Source: Mycobacteriales bacterium
Lineage (GTDB): Bacteria > Actinomycetota > Actinomycetes > JAFAQI01
Direction: 5' to 3'
Assembly (NCBI GenBank): GCA_035501255.1
Contig: DATJWM010000086.1
Coordinates: forward strand, 8,203-72,202
DNA length: 64,000 bases
The translations under genes were made by a program, and so were the position numbers. Under the pieces are notes generated by a model. The model saw nothing but the letters and a program-made list of their open reading frames with translations. It had not been told where the DNA came from and did no database searches. Positions 18,337 to 27,693 of this stretch are shown in pieces (position 1 is the first letter of the stretch; every line of letters starts with the position of its first letter).

Positions 18337-19281
18337 TCACTGGTCTTCGAGCACGGTCTCTGGCGGACCGACCAGCACCGGATCCGCCATCGCCACCACC
18401 TCGTGGTTCTTTCCCGGATAGTCGAACAACGACAGGACGTAGCGCATTGATTCGAGTCGACCGCGCCGCTTGTCGTTGCTCTTGACGATCGTCCACGGGG
18501 TCCGCTCGGTATGCGTCGAGCGGAACATCTCCTCTTTCGCCGCGGTGTAGGCGTCCCACCGATCGAGCGAGGCCAGGTCCATGGGACTGAGCTTCCACTG
18601 CTTGACCGGGTCGACCCGGCGGAGAGTGAAGCGAGTGCGCTGCTCGCTGCGGGTCACCGAGAACCAGAACTTGATCAGGTCGACGCCGTCCTCGACAAGC
18701 ATCTGCTCCATCAGCGGAGCCTGGTGCATGAACAGCTCGTACTCCTCGTCGGTGCAAAAGCCCATGACCCGCTCGACGCCGGCCCGGTTGTACCAGGATC
18801 GGTCGAAGAGCACGATCTCTCCCGCCGACGGCAGTTGCTCGATGTAGCGCTGGAAGTACCACTGCCCGCGCTCCACCTCGGTCGGCTTCTCCAGCGCGAC
18901 GACCCGAGCACCACGCGGATTCAGGTGCTCGAGATACCGGCGAATCGTGCCCCCTTTGCCCGCCGCGTCACGCCCTTCGAACAGGAGCGCGAGCCGACGA
19001 CCGCTCTCCTTCACCCAGGACTGAAGCTTCAGCAGCTCAATCTGAAGGAGGCGCTTGGTCCGTTCGTACTCCAGCCGCGTGATCCGGGCGTCGTACGGGT
19101 AGCCCTCGCGCCAGGTCTCGATCGGACGCCCGTGGGCATCGAGAAGGGTCGGCTCACCGTCGTCATCGATCAAGACGTCGATCTCGAGGTCATCGAGGCT
19201 GTCGAAGAGTTCCTCGGCATCGATCAGACCACTGGTGAACTCGTCGACGACCTGGCGTATGTCGGTCAACCGTCCCTCCAA
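18337..19281 (-). CDS. ppk2: Polyphosphate kinase 2 (PPK2)
   Basis: 314 aa. 'LLFEGRDAAGKGGTIRRYLEHLNPRGARVVAL' (Walker A), 'WYFQRYIEQLPSAGEIVLFDRSWYNRAGVERVMGF' and 'LIKFWFSVTRSEQRTRF' are canonical PPK2 motifs. Confidence 0.9.
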   Translation of the reverse strand: MEGRLTDIRQVVDEFTSGLIDAEELFDSLDDLEIDVLIDDDGEPTLLDAHGRPIETWREGYPYDARITRLEYERTKRLLQIELLKLQSWVKESGRRLALLFEGRDAAGKGGTIRRYLEHLNPRGARVVALEKPTEVERGQWYFQRYIEQLPSAGEIVLFDRSWYNRAGVERVMGFCTDEEYELFMHQAPLMEQMLVEDGVDLIKFWFSVTRSEQRTRFTLRRVDPVKQWKLSPMDLASLDRWDAYTAAKEEMFRSTHTERTPWTIVKSNDKRRGRLESMRYVLSLFDYPGKNHEVVAMADPVLVGPPETVLEDQ

Positions 19282-19445
19282 CCGAGCAGTGCCACCAAGC
19301 CCTTGCTGGCGTCGAGGTTACTTGCCCGCAGTTCCAAGCGCCGGTCTGGCGAACGCCGGACGAAGGTTCATCAGGCTACGCCGTGCGCCGGCTGTGATTC
19401 CGCTCCGGTAACGACCGTCGGCAAGACGCTGGCACCCGGTTACTT

Positions 19446-21227
19446 TTGAGTCGTGCCTCGAGCAATCAGCGATCGAACGTGAACCCTCTGCTGCTGGCAA
19501 TCGGCTTCGTCGCCGGTCTGCTCACGATCGTCTCGCCCTGCATCCTGCCCGTGCTCCCGGCCGTGATCGCTTCAGGCGTGACGACCGGAGGGCGGCGACG
19601 CGCACTCGCCGTCGCCACCGGCCTCGCGCTCGCGTTCGGGCTGGCCGCACTGTTCAGCATTCGGGTTCTCGATGCGCTTCACTTGTCGCTCAACCTCCGC
19701 CGCGACGTGGCGGAGGTTGCCCTGTTCGCCCTGGCCCTCGGCCTGTTCTTCCCCATCATCGGACAGTGGCTCGAGCGCCCCTTCGCCCGACTGGGCTTCA
19801 ACCGCTCCCCCGACGCCGCCCGCAGCGGCCTGGTTCTCGGCGCGATGCTCGGCCTGCTGTACCTGCCGTGCGGCGGGCCGATTCTCAGCGCGATCTCCGC
19901 GGTCGGCCAGACGAACAGCATGATCGGGGCCCCGGTCGTCGGTCTGACCCTCGCGTACTCGCTCGGGATCGCGGCGCCGATCTTCGCGCTCGTGCTGATC
20001 ACCTCCCGGCTGACCACGACGACGACCTGGCTACGCACTCACGCACTCGCAGTCCGCCGGTCCGGCGCGGTCCTTCTCGCGGCCAGCGCGGCGGCGATCT
20101 CGCTCGGCGCTGCCATGTCGCTGCAATCCGACACCCCGTCGTTCGCGTCGGCGATCGAGCGGCACTTGACGAGCAACTCATCGGTGAGCTCGGACCTCGC
20201 CCACATCAGCAACCCGCACGAGAGCCGCAATGCGCAGAAGATCCACCGTTCGCTGAGCAGCAAGCCGGCAGCGTCCAGCGCATCGCACCCCGCAGCCCAA
20301 GCCGATGCCATCCCGGCGCTCAAGGCATCGGCGCTTCCGGACTTCGGCAAGGCGCCGAACTTCACCGACGCCACGCGCTGGTTCAACACCCCGGATGGCG
20401 CGCCGATCAACATCAGTCAGCTGCGCGGGAAGGTGGTGCTGATCGACTTCTGGACCTACTCGTGCATCAACTGCCTGCGCAGCCTTCCGCACGTCAAAGC
20501 CTGGTACGCCCGGTATCACTCTGCCGGACTGGACGTGATCGGGGTTCACACCCCCGAGTTCGATTTCGAGCACGTGCCTGCCAATGTCCAAGCAGCGATC
20601 CACCGACTCGGAATCACCTACCCGGTGGTCATGGACAACGACTACGGGACCTGGGACGCCTGGGGCAACAACTCCTGGCCTGCGGAGTACCTCGTCGACG
20701 CGCAAGGAAACGTGCGCTACGGCTCCATCGGTGAGAGCGACTATGGCACGACCGAGGCAGCGATTCGCGCGCTGCTGAACGAGAACGGCGCAAAGCTTCC
20801 ACCCAGCACCGACGTGCCCGATCGGACACCGACCGAACGCACGACTCCGGAGAGCTATCTCGGGTACGAGCGGCTCGCGCGCTATGTCGGTACCCCGATC
20901 GTCAAGAACCGTCCGGCGACGTACTCCTTTGCGTCCTCACTTCCTCGCAATGGTCTGAGCTACTCGGGCGTCTGGACGGTGCGCAACCTCGAGATCGCGG
21001 CGGGTGCCGGCGCGGCACTTCGGATCAACGTGAGCGCCGACGACGTCTACCTCGTGCTGTCCGGCAACGGCACTGTCACCGGCACCTTCAATGCAAAGCC
21101 GATCAGCGAGATCCATGTCTCGGGCGTTCCCGAGCTCTACCCGGTCCTGTCAGGCTCATCGCTGCACGGCGTTCTCCAGCTCGATGTCCCGTCGGGGATC
21201 ACGGCCTACGACTTCACCTTCGGCTGA
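19446..21227 (+). CDS. dipZ: DipZ-like cytochrome c-type biogenesis / thiol:disulfide interchange protein (CcdA membrane domain + thioredoxin-like CxxC domain + C-terminal beta domain)
   Basis: 593 aa, TTG start on the track. CcdA motif 'TIVSPCILPVLP' and multiple TM helices. Redoxin motif 'WTYSCINCLRSLPHVKAWY'. Architecture as M. tuberculosis DipZ. Confidence 0.75.
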   Translation: MSRASSNQRSNVNPLLLAIGFVAGLLTIVSPCILPVLPAVIASGVTTGGRRRALAVATGLALAFGLAALFSIRVLDALHLSLNLRRDVAEVALFALALGLFFPIIGQWLERPFARLGFNRSPDAARSGLVLGAMLGLLYLPCGGPILSAISAVGQTNSMIGAPVVGLTLAYSLGIAAPIFALVLITSRLTTTTTWLRTHALAVRRSGAVLLAASAAAISLGAAMSLQSDTPSFASAIERHLTSNSSVSSDLAHISNPHESRNAQKIHRSLSSKPAASSASHPAAQADAIPALKASALPDFGKAPNFTDATRWFNTPDGAPINISQLRGKVVLIDFWTYSCINCLRSLPHVKAWYARYHSAGLDVIGVHTPEFDFEHVPANVQAAIHRLGITYPVVMDNDYGTWDAWGNNSWPAEYLVDAQGNVRYGSIGESDYGTTEAAIRALLNENGAKLPPSTDVPDRTPTERTTPESYLGYERLARYVGTPIVKNRPATYSFASSLPRNGLSYSGVWTVRNLEIAAGAGAALRINVSADDVYLVLSGNGTVTGTFNAKPISEIHVSGVPELYPVLSGSSLHGVLQLDVPSGITAYDFTFG

Positions 21228-21243
21228 GGCGACGGCACATCAC

Positions 21244-21278
21244 AACGCCCCGCCGCGCGGCGCGCGGATCGGGGCGTT
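21244..21278. terminator. GC-rich hairpin between convergent dipZ and the aminotransferase gene (terminator candidate, no U-tract)
   Basis: 'AACGCCCCGCCGCGCG GCGCGCGGatCGGGGCGTT': a ~16-bp stem with a 2-nt bulge, 17 nt after the dipZ stop. Confidence 0.35.
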
Positions 21279-21512
21279 CGCTGATGTGCGTGACCTCAGG
21301 CAGACCGGTCAGTCATGCCAAGGGCCATATTCGTCGTCGTTCATGGCACTCTCCTTCTGTACTGCTCATCGGCAACTTCGCGCTCCTGTTGAGCCTGCGC
21401 GGGCGACGAGCCATTTGCTAGTGGGCCGCGGTGCGGCCTCAGGATCGAAACAACAGGTTTCGACAGCCTCGTCCGGGCTGGTACATCCAGGTTAACCGAA
21501 GCGCCCGATCGG

Positions 21513-23228
21513 CTATTCCGCCCCAGCGCCGGGCGATGCGATCACACACTCGGCCGGCAGGTCGAACCAGCGGAGCGCTTCGACGTCCGGTCTCAGGCCG
21601 GTCGCGCATCCGTCGACGACAGGACGATCGCGCGACGCCGCTAGCCGTCGGGCATCCGCGAGGTGATCGACGAGGACGGAGACGTCCGCTCGTGCCGTAT
21701 GCGCGGGGTAGACTAGCGCGTGCTGCCGCTCGTCGTAGCGGACGTCGTGAAGCCGCAGCGGCGGCAATGCAGGCGCGTCGCGATGCCGCCACAACCCGGT
21801 CTCCGGCTCGAAGGTGTAGTCGGTGAGGAAGCGCTCGCCCTCGCTCGCCACGAACCGCACCGCTTCGATGATGTAGTCGGCGACGGTCTCGTCGAGGAAG
21901 TAGGTGAAGTTCACCCGGACCCAACCGGGTTTGATCCCTTCGCAGCCCGCTGAGATCTCGTGCTGGAAGGCATGCGAATGTTCGATGTCGATCCCGAGCA
22001 GGCGGTGTCCGTACGGCCCGGCGCACGAGCAGCCGCCGCGGGACTGAATCCCGAACAGGTCGTTGAGCAGTGCAACGACGAAGTTGTGGTGAAGGTACTT
22101 CCCGCTGGGACGGCGGACGACGAAGGAAACGATCGAGAGTCGTTCGGCGGCGAGGTTGCCGAGCACCTCAATCGCCGGCTCCTGCGACCACGCGGTAATC
22201 GCGCGCTCGAGCAGGGCGTCCTCCACCGCCTTGATGAGAGAGACGCCCACGGCCTGCTTGAGCTGGAAGACCAGTCCGGCCCGGATCGCCCCGATGATGT
22301 CGGGGGTTCCGCCCTCCTCGCGGGCGACCGGATCGTCGAGGTAGACGTGCTCGAGCGGGTTGACGTAGGCGACTGTGCCACCGCCCGGAACCGTCGGCAC
22401 CCGATTGGTGACCAGCTCACGACGTACGGCGAGCACCCCCGGCGTACCGGGTCCTCCGATCAGCTTGTGCGGTGAGACGAACACCGCGTCGAGGCGGGCC
22501 TGCGGGTCGTCCTGCGGACACATCGTGATCTCGACGTACGGCGCGGCCGCCGCGAAGTCCCAGAACGACAGCGCACCGTGGCGATGGAGTGTTCGCGCGA
22601 CGCCAGCGGTGTCGGTCACGATCCCGGTGACGTTGGACGCGGCCGAGAACGAACCGATCCGCAGCGGACGATCCGCGAACTCGACGAGCCGCTCCTCAAG
22701 GACGCCGAGGTCGATGTGCCCATCGCGGTCGGCGGGGATCTCGATGACGTCGGCGATCGTTTCGCGCCAGGGCAGCTCGTTGGAATGGTGCTCGAACGGG
22801 CCGACGAAGACAACCGGGCGCTGGCCGGGCGGGATCAGCGAGGACAGCACATAGTCGTCCTCGAGCTGGGAGGGAATGCGCAGCCCGAGGATGCGCACGA
22901 GCTTGTCGATCGCTCCGGTCGCGCCGGACCCGGTGAAGATCACGAGGACGTCCTCGTCGCCGCCGAGAGCATCCCGGATCAGTTCACGGGCCTCCTCGCG
23001 GAGCCGGGTGGTCTGGCGGCCAGTGCCGCTGGACTCGGTGTGGGTGTTCGCGTACGTCGGAAGAACCGACTCGCGGATGAAGTCCTCGATGAACGACAGC
23101 GCTCGCCCGCTGGCGGTGTAGTCGGCGTAGGTCACCCGTCTCGGTCCGTACGGGCCGTCCATCAACGTGTCGTCGCCGATGACCGCGCCGCGGATCTGAT
23201 CGAGCAGATCGGACGCGGGCAAGCTCAT
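21513..23228 (-). CDS. Class V aminotransferase / cysteine desulfurase-like PLP-dependent enzyme
   Basis: 571 aa. 'VFVSPHKLIGGPGTPGVL' is a PLP-lysine motif region (SPHK). Fold-type I N-terminal 'YADYTASGRALSFIEDFI..YANTHTESS'. A long C-terminal extension is present. Confidence 0.7.
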   Translation of the reverse strand: MSLPASDLLDQIRGAVIGDDTLMDGPYGPRRVTYADYTASGRALSFIEDFIRESVLPTYANTHTESSGTGRQTTRLREEARELIRDALGGDEDVLVIFTGSGATGAIDKLVRILGLRIPSQLEDDYVLSSLIPPGQRPVVFVGPFEHHSNELPWRETIADVIEIPADRDGHIDLGVLEERLVEFADRPLRIGSFSAASNVTGIVTDTAGVARTLHRHGALSFWDFAAAAPYVEITMCPQDDPQARLDAVFVSPHKLIGGPGTPGVLAVRRELVTNRVPTVPGGGTVAYVNPLEHVYLDDPVAREEGGTPDIIGAIRAGLVFQLKQAVGVSLIKAVEDALLERAITAWSQEPAIEVLGNLAAERLSIVSFVVRRPSGKYLHHNFVVALLNDLFGIQSRGGCSCAGPYGHRLLGIDIEHSHAFQHEISAGCEGIKPGWVRVNFTYFLDETVADYIIEAVRFVASEGERFLTDYTFEPETGLWRHRDAPALPPLRLHDVRYDERQHALVYPAHTARADVSVLVDHLADARRLAASRDRPVVDGCATGLRPDVEALRWFDLPAECVIASPGAGAE

Positions 23229-23252
23229 GTACCGATCGTAGGCGCGATCACC

Positions 23253-24002
23253 TCAACTCACGCCGGTTGGCCGCCCATCGGCTTGGACGGTCGATGCGAT
23301 CCCACGGACCAAGATGTCGAGGCCAAACTCGAAGCGATGGTCACCGTCGCCATCGGTGAGCGGCCCGGCGAGCATGTGGAGATACGGGTACTTCTCGACC
23401 GGCAGCGAAATGAAGAAGTTCTGCAGCTCGACGTGGAAGTCCTCGCTCGCCTTCTCGCTTCCGGGAAAGCTGTCGAGGCTCTCCTCGTAGGCGGTCGCCG
23501 TGAGATACAGGCCAAGGATGTCGACCGACAACGAGGCAACTCGCTCGCTCACGCCACCGGCCAGGATCAGGCCAACGATCGCGTTCATCCCGGGCAGTGC
23601 GCCCTCGCCGGTCGGAATGTTGCCGAGGCCGGCGCGGGCGATATCACGATGACGACCGAGGGCGGCGCGCACCGACCGGCAGACGTCCTTGAGCTGCTCG
23701 TCCCAACGTTCGGCGTCGATCTGCTGCGGGTACTCCACTTCACTGAGCACGCGGTCGAAGACGAGTTGCACCATCTCGTCCTTGTCCGCGACGTGTGCGT
23801 ACAGCGACGCCGGGCCGGTGTTGAGCGCCTGGGCGACCCGGCGCATGGTCACGGCGTCGAGCCCTTCGGCGTCGAGGACCTGGAGGGCGGCATCCACGAT
23901 CGCCGCCCGGCTCAGGGTCCGGGGCCCGCGACGCGACACCGGCCGGGATTTGCCGTGCCGCCGGGGCCCGAGCGCAAGGGCGGCGGCGTCGATGTTCGCC
24001 AC
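23253..24002 (-). CDS. TetR/AcrR family transcriptional regulator (start taken as GTG 24000-24002; longest ORF extends to 24113)
   Basis: HTH 'LSRAAIVDAALQVLDAEGLDAVTMRRVAQALNTGPASLYAHVADKDEMV'. Divergent from an MFS transporter gene. The longer N-terminal extension would overlap the MFS start and the operators. Confidence 0.65.
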   Translation of the reverse strand: MANIDAAALALGPRRHGKSRPVSRRGPRTLSRAAIVDAALQVLDAEGLDAVTMRRVAQALNTGPASLYAHVADKDEMVQLVFDRVLSEVEYPQQIDAERWDEQLKDVCRSVRAALGRHRDIARAGLGNIPTGEGALPGMNAIVGLILAGGVSERVASLSVDILGLYLTATAYEESLDSFPGSEKASEDFHVELQNFFISLPVEKYPYLHMLAGPLTDGDGDHRFEFGLDILVRGIASTVQADGRPTGVS

Positions 24003-24025
24003 GGACGAAGTGTAGCGGTTGACAC

Positions 24026-24052
24026 GAACGGTGTTCGTTTGGAACAGTGTTC
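24026..24052. promoter_or_regulatory. Two adjacent palindromes (CGAACggtGTTCG and GAACAGTGTTC) in the TetR/MFS divergent region: candidate TetR operators
   Basis: 'aCGAACGGTGTTCGtttgGAACAGTGTTCga': both share the GAAC..GTTC half-sites. They sit immediately upstream of, or overlapping, the MFS start region. Confidence 0.45.
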
Positions 24053-25507
24053 GATATGACGAACGACGTTCGGACGCTACCGCCCGAAGAATCCCTTCCC
24101 GACCGGCACCCACGCTACGACCTGCGGTGGTGGATCCTCGCCGTCGTACTCGCCGCCGAGTGCATGGACCTGATCGACTCCACTGTCGTCAACGTCGCGG
24201 CACCGCAGATCGCCCGGGACTTCCACGCGTCGACGACCTCGCTGCAGTGGATCGTCGGTGGTTACCCACTCGCGATTGCGGTCGGGCTGATCATCGGTGG
24301 CCGACTCGGGGACCTGGTCGGCCGCAAAACGATGTTCATCCTCGGCTCAATCGGATTCGTCGGCGCCTCGGTCCTGTGCGGGCTCGCACCGAACTCCGGA
24401 GTCTTGATCTTTGCGCGACTCGTGCAAGGCGCCTTCTCCGCGATGATGCTCCCCCAGGGCTTCGGCATCATCCGCGAGGTGTTCCCCGAACAGGAACGCC
24501 AGAGCGCTTTCGCCGTCTTCGGGCCGGTCATCGGGTTCTCGGCCGTTCTCGGCCCGATCATCGGGGCCTCACTGATCAAGTGGAACCTGTTCGGGACCGG
24601 GTGGCGCATGGTCTTCTTGATCAACGTCCCACTTGGCGCGGCCGCGATCGCCGGCGCTATCCGGCTGCTCCCGGCGTCGATCCGCAACAGCGACACCAAG
24701 GTCGACTGGGTGGGAACCGCTCTGGTTACCGCGTTTTCGATCCTGCTCGTCTATCCGCTGATCCAAGGTCGCGAGTACGGCTGGCCGTGGTGGACGTTCG
24801 CGATGATGGCGACGAGCGTGGTCCTCATCGTGACCTTCGCCTGGCATCAGCGGCGGCGTGATCGCAACGGCCTCGCCCCGCTCGTCACCCCGAGCGTCTT
24901 CGGCCACCGTGGTTTCTCCGCCGGCATGGTCTTCCTCATGCTGTTCTTCGGCGGTTTCAGCGGCGTACTGCTCTGCTCGACCCTGTTCCTTCAGATCGGT
25001 CAGAGCTTCACCCCCATCCACGCCGCGCTGTGCACCGTCCCGATGACCGTCGGCCTGGTCATCGGGTCTGCGGCATCGGGGGGCTTCCTCGGGCCGCGTT
25101 ACGGTCGGCGGATCCTTCAGGCTGGGGTGGCGCTGAGCGGCCTGGGTTGGGTGTTGCTCGTGCTGGCGCTGCGCGACGCCGGCACGATCGGGTTCGTCGA
25201 CCTGATGCCCGGACTGTTTGTCGCCGGTCTTGGCTTCGGGCTCATCGTCGCCCCACTGTTCGACATTGTGCTCGCGTCAGTGACCGATGAAGAGACCGGT
25301 TCGGCATCCGGGGTCCTCAACGCGGGTCAGCAACTAGCGGCGTCGATCGGTGTCGCCGTGCTCGGAACCGTGTTCTTCGACGCCATCGGCCCCGGGAACT
25401 TCCATCATGCGCTGTCACAGGTGCTCGCCGTACAAGTGGCGGTCATGGTGGTGCTGCTGGTGATCTCACCGCTCCTGCCACGATTCGCGCGCGAACCAGC
25501 GGCGTAG
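24047..25507 (+). CDS. MFS transporter, DHA2 (14-TMS EmrB/QacA-like) drug:H+ antiporter
   Basis: 486 aa. 'LDLIDSTVVNVAAPQIARDF', 'GGRLGDLVGRKTMFILG' (motif A) and 14 predicted TM helices. An alternative ATG start lies at 24056. Confidence 0.8.
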   Translation: MFDMTNDVRTLPPEESLPDRHPRYDLRWWILAVVLAAECMDLIDSTVVNVAAPQIARDFHASTTSLQWIVGGYPLAIAVGLIIGGRLGDLVGRKTMFILGSIGFVGASVLCGLAPNSGVLIFARLVQGAFSAMMLPQGFGIIREVFPEQERQSAFAVFGPVIGFSAVLGPIIGASLIKWNLFGTGWRMVFLINVPLGAAAIAGAIRLLPASIRNSDTKVDWVGTALVTAFSILLVYPLIQGREYGWPWWTFAMMATSVVLIVTFAWHQRRRDRNGLAPLVTPSVFGHRGFSAGMVFLMLFFGGFSGVLLCSTLFLQIGQSFTPIHAALCTVPMTVGLVIGSAASGGFLGPRYGRRILQAGVALSGLGWVLLVLALRDAGTIGFVDLMPGLFVAGLGFGLIVAPLFDIVLASVTDEETGSASGVLNAGQQLAASIGVAVLGTVFFDAIGPGNFHHALSQVLAVQVAVMVVLLVISPLLPRFAREPAA

Positions 25508-25519
25508 TCGGCCTAGCCA

Positions 25520-26473
25520 CTAGCGTCCGGCGAGTGAGCGCGACCGGAACAGCTGCACCCCGCATCCGGTCAGCGTCACCTCGCCGACGGCCCGGGCTGA
25601 TGCACTTCGAGGGAGGTTGAGCATCGGACCGAGCTCACCGAAGTACCCGCCCGCCGAGATGGTGGTGACGTGCTCTTCCGACCCGTCCGCACGCACCCGG
25701 AAGATCTCGATCTCACCAGACTCGACGAAGTACACGAGATCGCTCTGGTCGCCCTGCGAAAACAGGACCTCACCGGGGGCGAGCGTCACCGTTGTCTCGA
25801 CGCGGTCGGAATCCTTGCGATGCGGGACCAGCTCGATGACCTGATCGGCGAGCTGGGTGATGCGATCGTCGTGGGTCGCGACGACCACTAACCGGCCGCG
25901 GCTCGCGATGTCACGGATCAGCCGCAGGATGCCCTCCACCTGGATGAAGTCGAGGTGCGCGGTTGGCTCGTCGGCAAGGACGAGCGGAGGGTTGTGCACG
26001 AGCGCCCGCGCGATCGCCACCCGCTGTTGCTGACCGCCGGAAAGCTGATCGGGGCGATGGTGCGCACGCTGCGCGAGATCGACCTGGGCGAGCAACTCCT
26101 CCGCCCGCGCGCGGGCGGAGGACGCGTTCATGCCGGCGAACCGGAGCGGCACCATGACGTTCCCTCGCGCCGACAGGCTGGGAATCAGGTTGAACGCTTG
26201 AAACACGACGCCGACACTGTCGCGACGGTAGGCGGACAGCGCCGACCCATGCAGGCTTGGGACCTCGACGTCGTCGAGCGTGATCGACCCGCTCGTCGGC
26301 GTGAGCAGTCCGGCCAGGCACGAGAGCAGCGTCGTCTTGCCGCAACCGGAAGGTCCGAGCAGGACGACGAGGTGGCCGTCGGCGCACTCGAACGACAACC
26401 CGTTGAGCGGACGCACCTTGTATCCACCCGAGGTGAACTCGACCGTGAGATCCGCAACCGACAGCGTCGCCAT
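25520..26473 (-). CDS. ABC transporter ATP-binding protein with C-terminal cyclic-nucleotide-binding domain
   Basis: Walker A 'GPSGCGKTT', '[15 protein letters not shown]', Walker B 'VLADEPT'. The C-terminal ~110 aa 'GEVLFSQGDQSDLVYFVESGEIEI...GGYFGELGPML..RSASARAVGEVTL' is a canonical cNMP-binding fold. Start taken at M19 (ATG 26471-26473), 1 nt after the permease stop; the ORF extends to 26527. Confidence 0.75.
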   Translation of the reverse strand: MATLSVADLTVEFTSGGYKVRPLNGLSFECADGHLVVLLGPSGCGKTTLLSCLAGLLTPTSGSITLDDVEVPSLHGSALSAYRRDSVGVVFQAFNLIPSLSARGNVMVPLRFAGMNASSARARAEELLAQVDLAQRAHHRPDQLSGGQQQRVAIARALVHNPPLVLADEPTAHLDFIQVEGILRLIRDIASRGRLVVVATHDDRITQLADQVIELVPHRKDSDRVETTVTLAPGEVLFSQGDQSDLVYFVESGEIEIFRVRADGSEEHVTTISAGGYFGELGPMLNLPRSASARAVGEVTLTGCGVQLFRSRSLAGR

Positions 26474-26474
26474 G

Positions 26475-27524
26475 TCAGGCCCCGAACGCCGAAACCGGAT
26501 CGGCTCCGGTCGCTGTCCGAAGGGCAACGAGGCTCGCGAGCATGCCCACCCCGACTGCGACCAGCGGCAGCGTGACGAACGCGCTGACCGGGATCGCGAT
26601 CGGTTGGGCGAACAACCCGGTCATGAAGTTGCACGCGACCGCCGCGAAGACCGCCGCGAAGAGCGTCACCACGATCGCCTGAAGACACAAACTCCCGAAC
26701 AACGCGCCCGAACTCGCCCCCAATGCCTTCAGCACCGCAAAGTCCCGGACCCGCTGGAGAGCCGAAACGTAGATCAGCGCGGCGATGATGATCGTCGCGA
26801 CCAGCCACATCAAGCCCCGGGTGTTCTTGATCGTGGCGATCGCGCTGGACATTCGCGCGAGCGTCTTGTCCTCAACCCGCTGGGTGGTCAACACATCGAG
26901 GTCGGCCGGCGCCGACGTCGGGGTTCCTTGCACCGTCACCGCGGTCACGAGCGGAAGACCACCGAAGCCGAACTGCTGCGCCGTTGCCAGCGGCACGTAG
27001 ACCACCGGCAACCCGCCGAGCAGGGTGCGGCCGTGGACCTTGCCGACGACGTGCAGGCTCGTCGAGCCGGCCGTCAACACATCACCGATCTGGCCGTGGA
27101 CCTTGGTGTCGATGATGGCGTCATTGCGATCCGACAATCCCGATCCGGTCACGTCCCCCGGTGCACCGAACCCCGTCGTAGGGACGCCGATGAGGTTGAC
27201 CAGGGTCGTCTTGCCGTTGAGGATCAGCGGCACCTGTGGGAGCACCGCAATCCCTGCAGCCTGTGTGACCGACGGTTCGTGCTCGATGGCCGCCACCGTC
27301 GTCTCGGGAAAGGTCGAGGCGGCGGTGAGCTGGCCTTCCGCCTTGTGGCTGAGAACCCAGTAGTCGGCGTGTTGCGCGTCGACCACCTGATTGATCTCCC
27401 ACGCGAAACCACTGACCAGGCCCGCGAGTAGCACGCCCATCGCCAGGACCATGCCGGCGCCGACCACCGCGATCAGGAACTGCCGGTACCGAAAGCGCAG
27501 GTCGGCGAAGGTCACGCTCAACAT
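26475..27524 (-). CDS. ABC transporter permease, FtsX/MacB-like (4 TM + large extracytoplasmic loop)
   Basis: 349 aa. N-terminal TM, ~200-aa loop, then three C-terminal TM helices ('LMWLVATIIIAALIYVSALQRVRDFAVLKALGAS'). Sits adjacent to the ATPase. Confidence 0.7.
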   Translation of the reverse strand: MLSVTFADLRFRYRQFLIAVVGAGMVLAMGVLLAGLVSGFAWEINQVVDAQHADYWVLSHKAEGQLTAASTFPETTVAAIEHEPSVTQAAGIAVLPQVPLILNGKTTLVNLIGVPTTGFGAPGDVTGSGLSDRNDAIIDTKVHGQIGDVLTAGSTSLHVVGKVHGRTLLGGLPVVYVPLATAQQFGFGGLPLVTAVTVQGTPTSAPADLDVLTTQRVEDKTLARMSSAIATIKNTRGLMWLVATIIIAALIYVSALQRVRDFAVLKALGASSGALFGSLCLQAIVVTLFAAVFAAVACNFMTGLFAQPIAIPVSAFVTLPLVAVGVGMLASLVALRTATGADPVSAFGA

Positions 27525-27693
27525 GCGGCAGCCCCCGCCGAGTTGGCCCTACGTGCCCGGTCGGACCTGAATGTAGACACCTCGGCCGAGCTTGTCGCCC
27601 GCGCGACCAGGACTCACGTGACAAGGCGGCACAACCGCGACATTCGCCGCCACGATGCCTGCCGGACGAACCGACCGAGGCGTCGCCCGGCGA

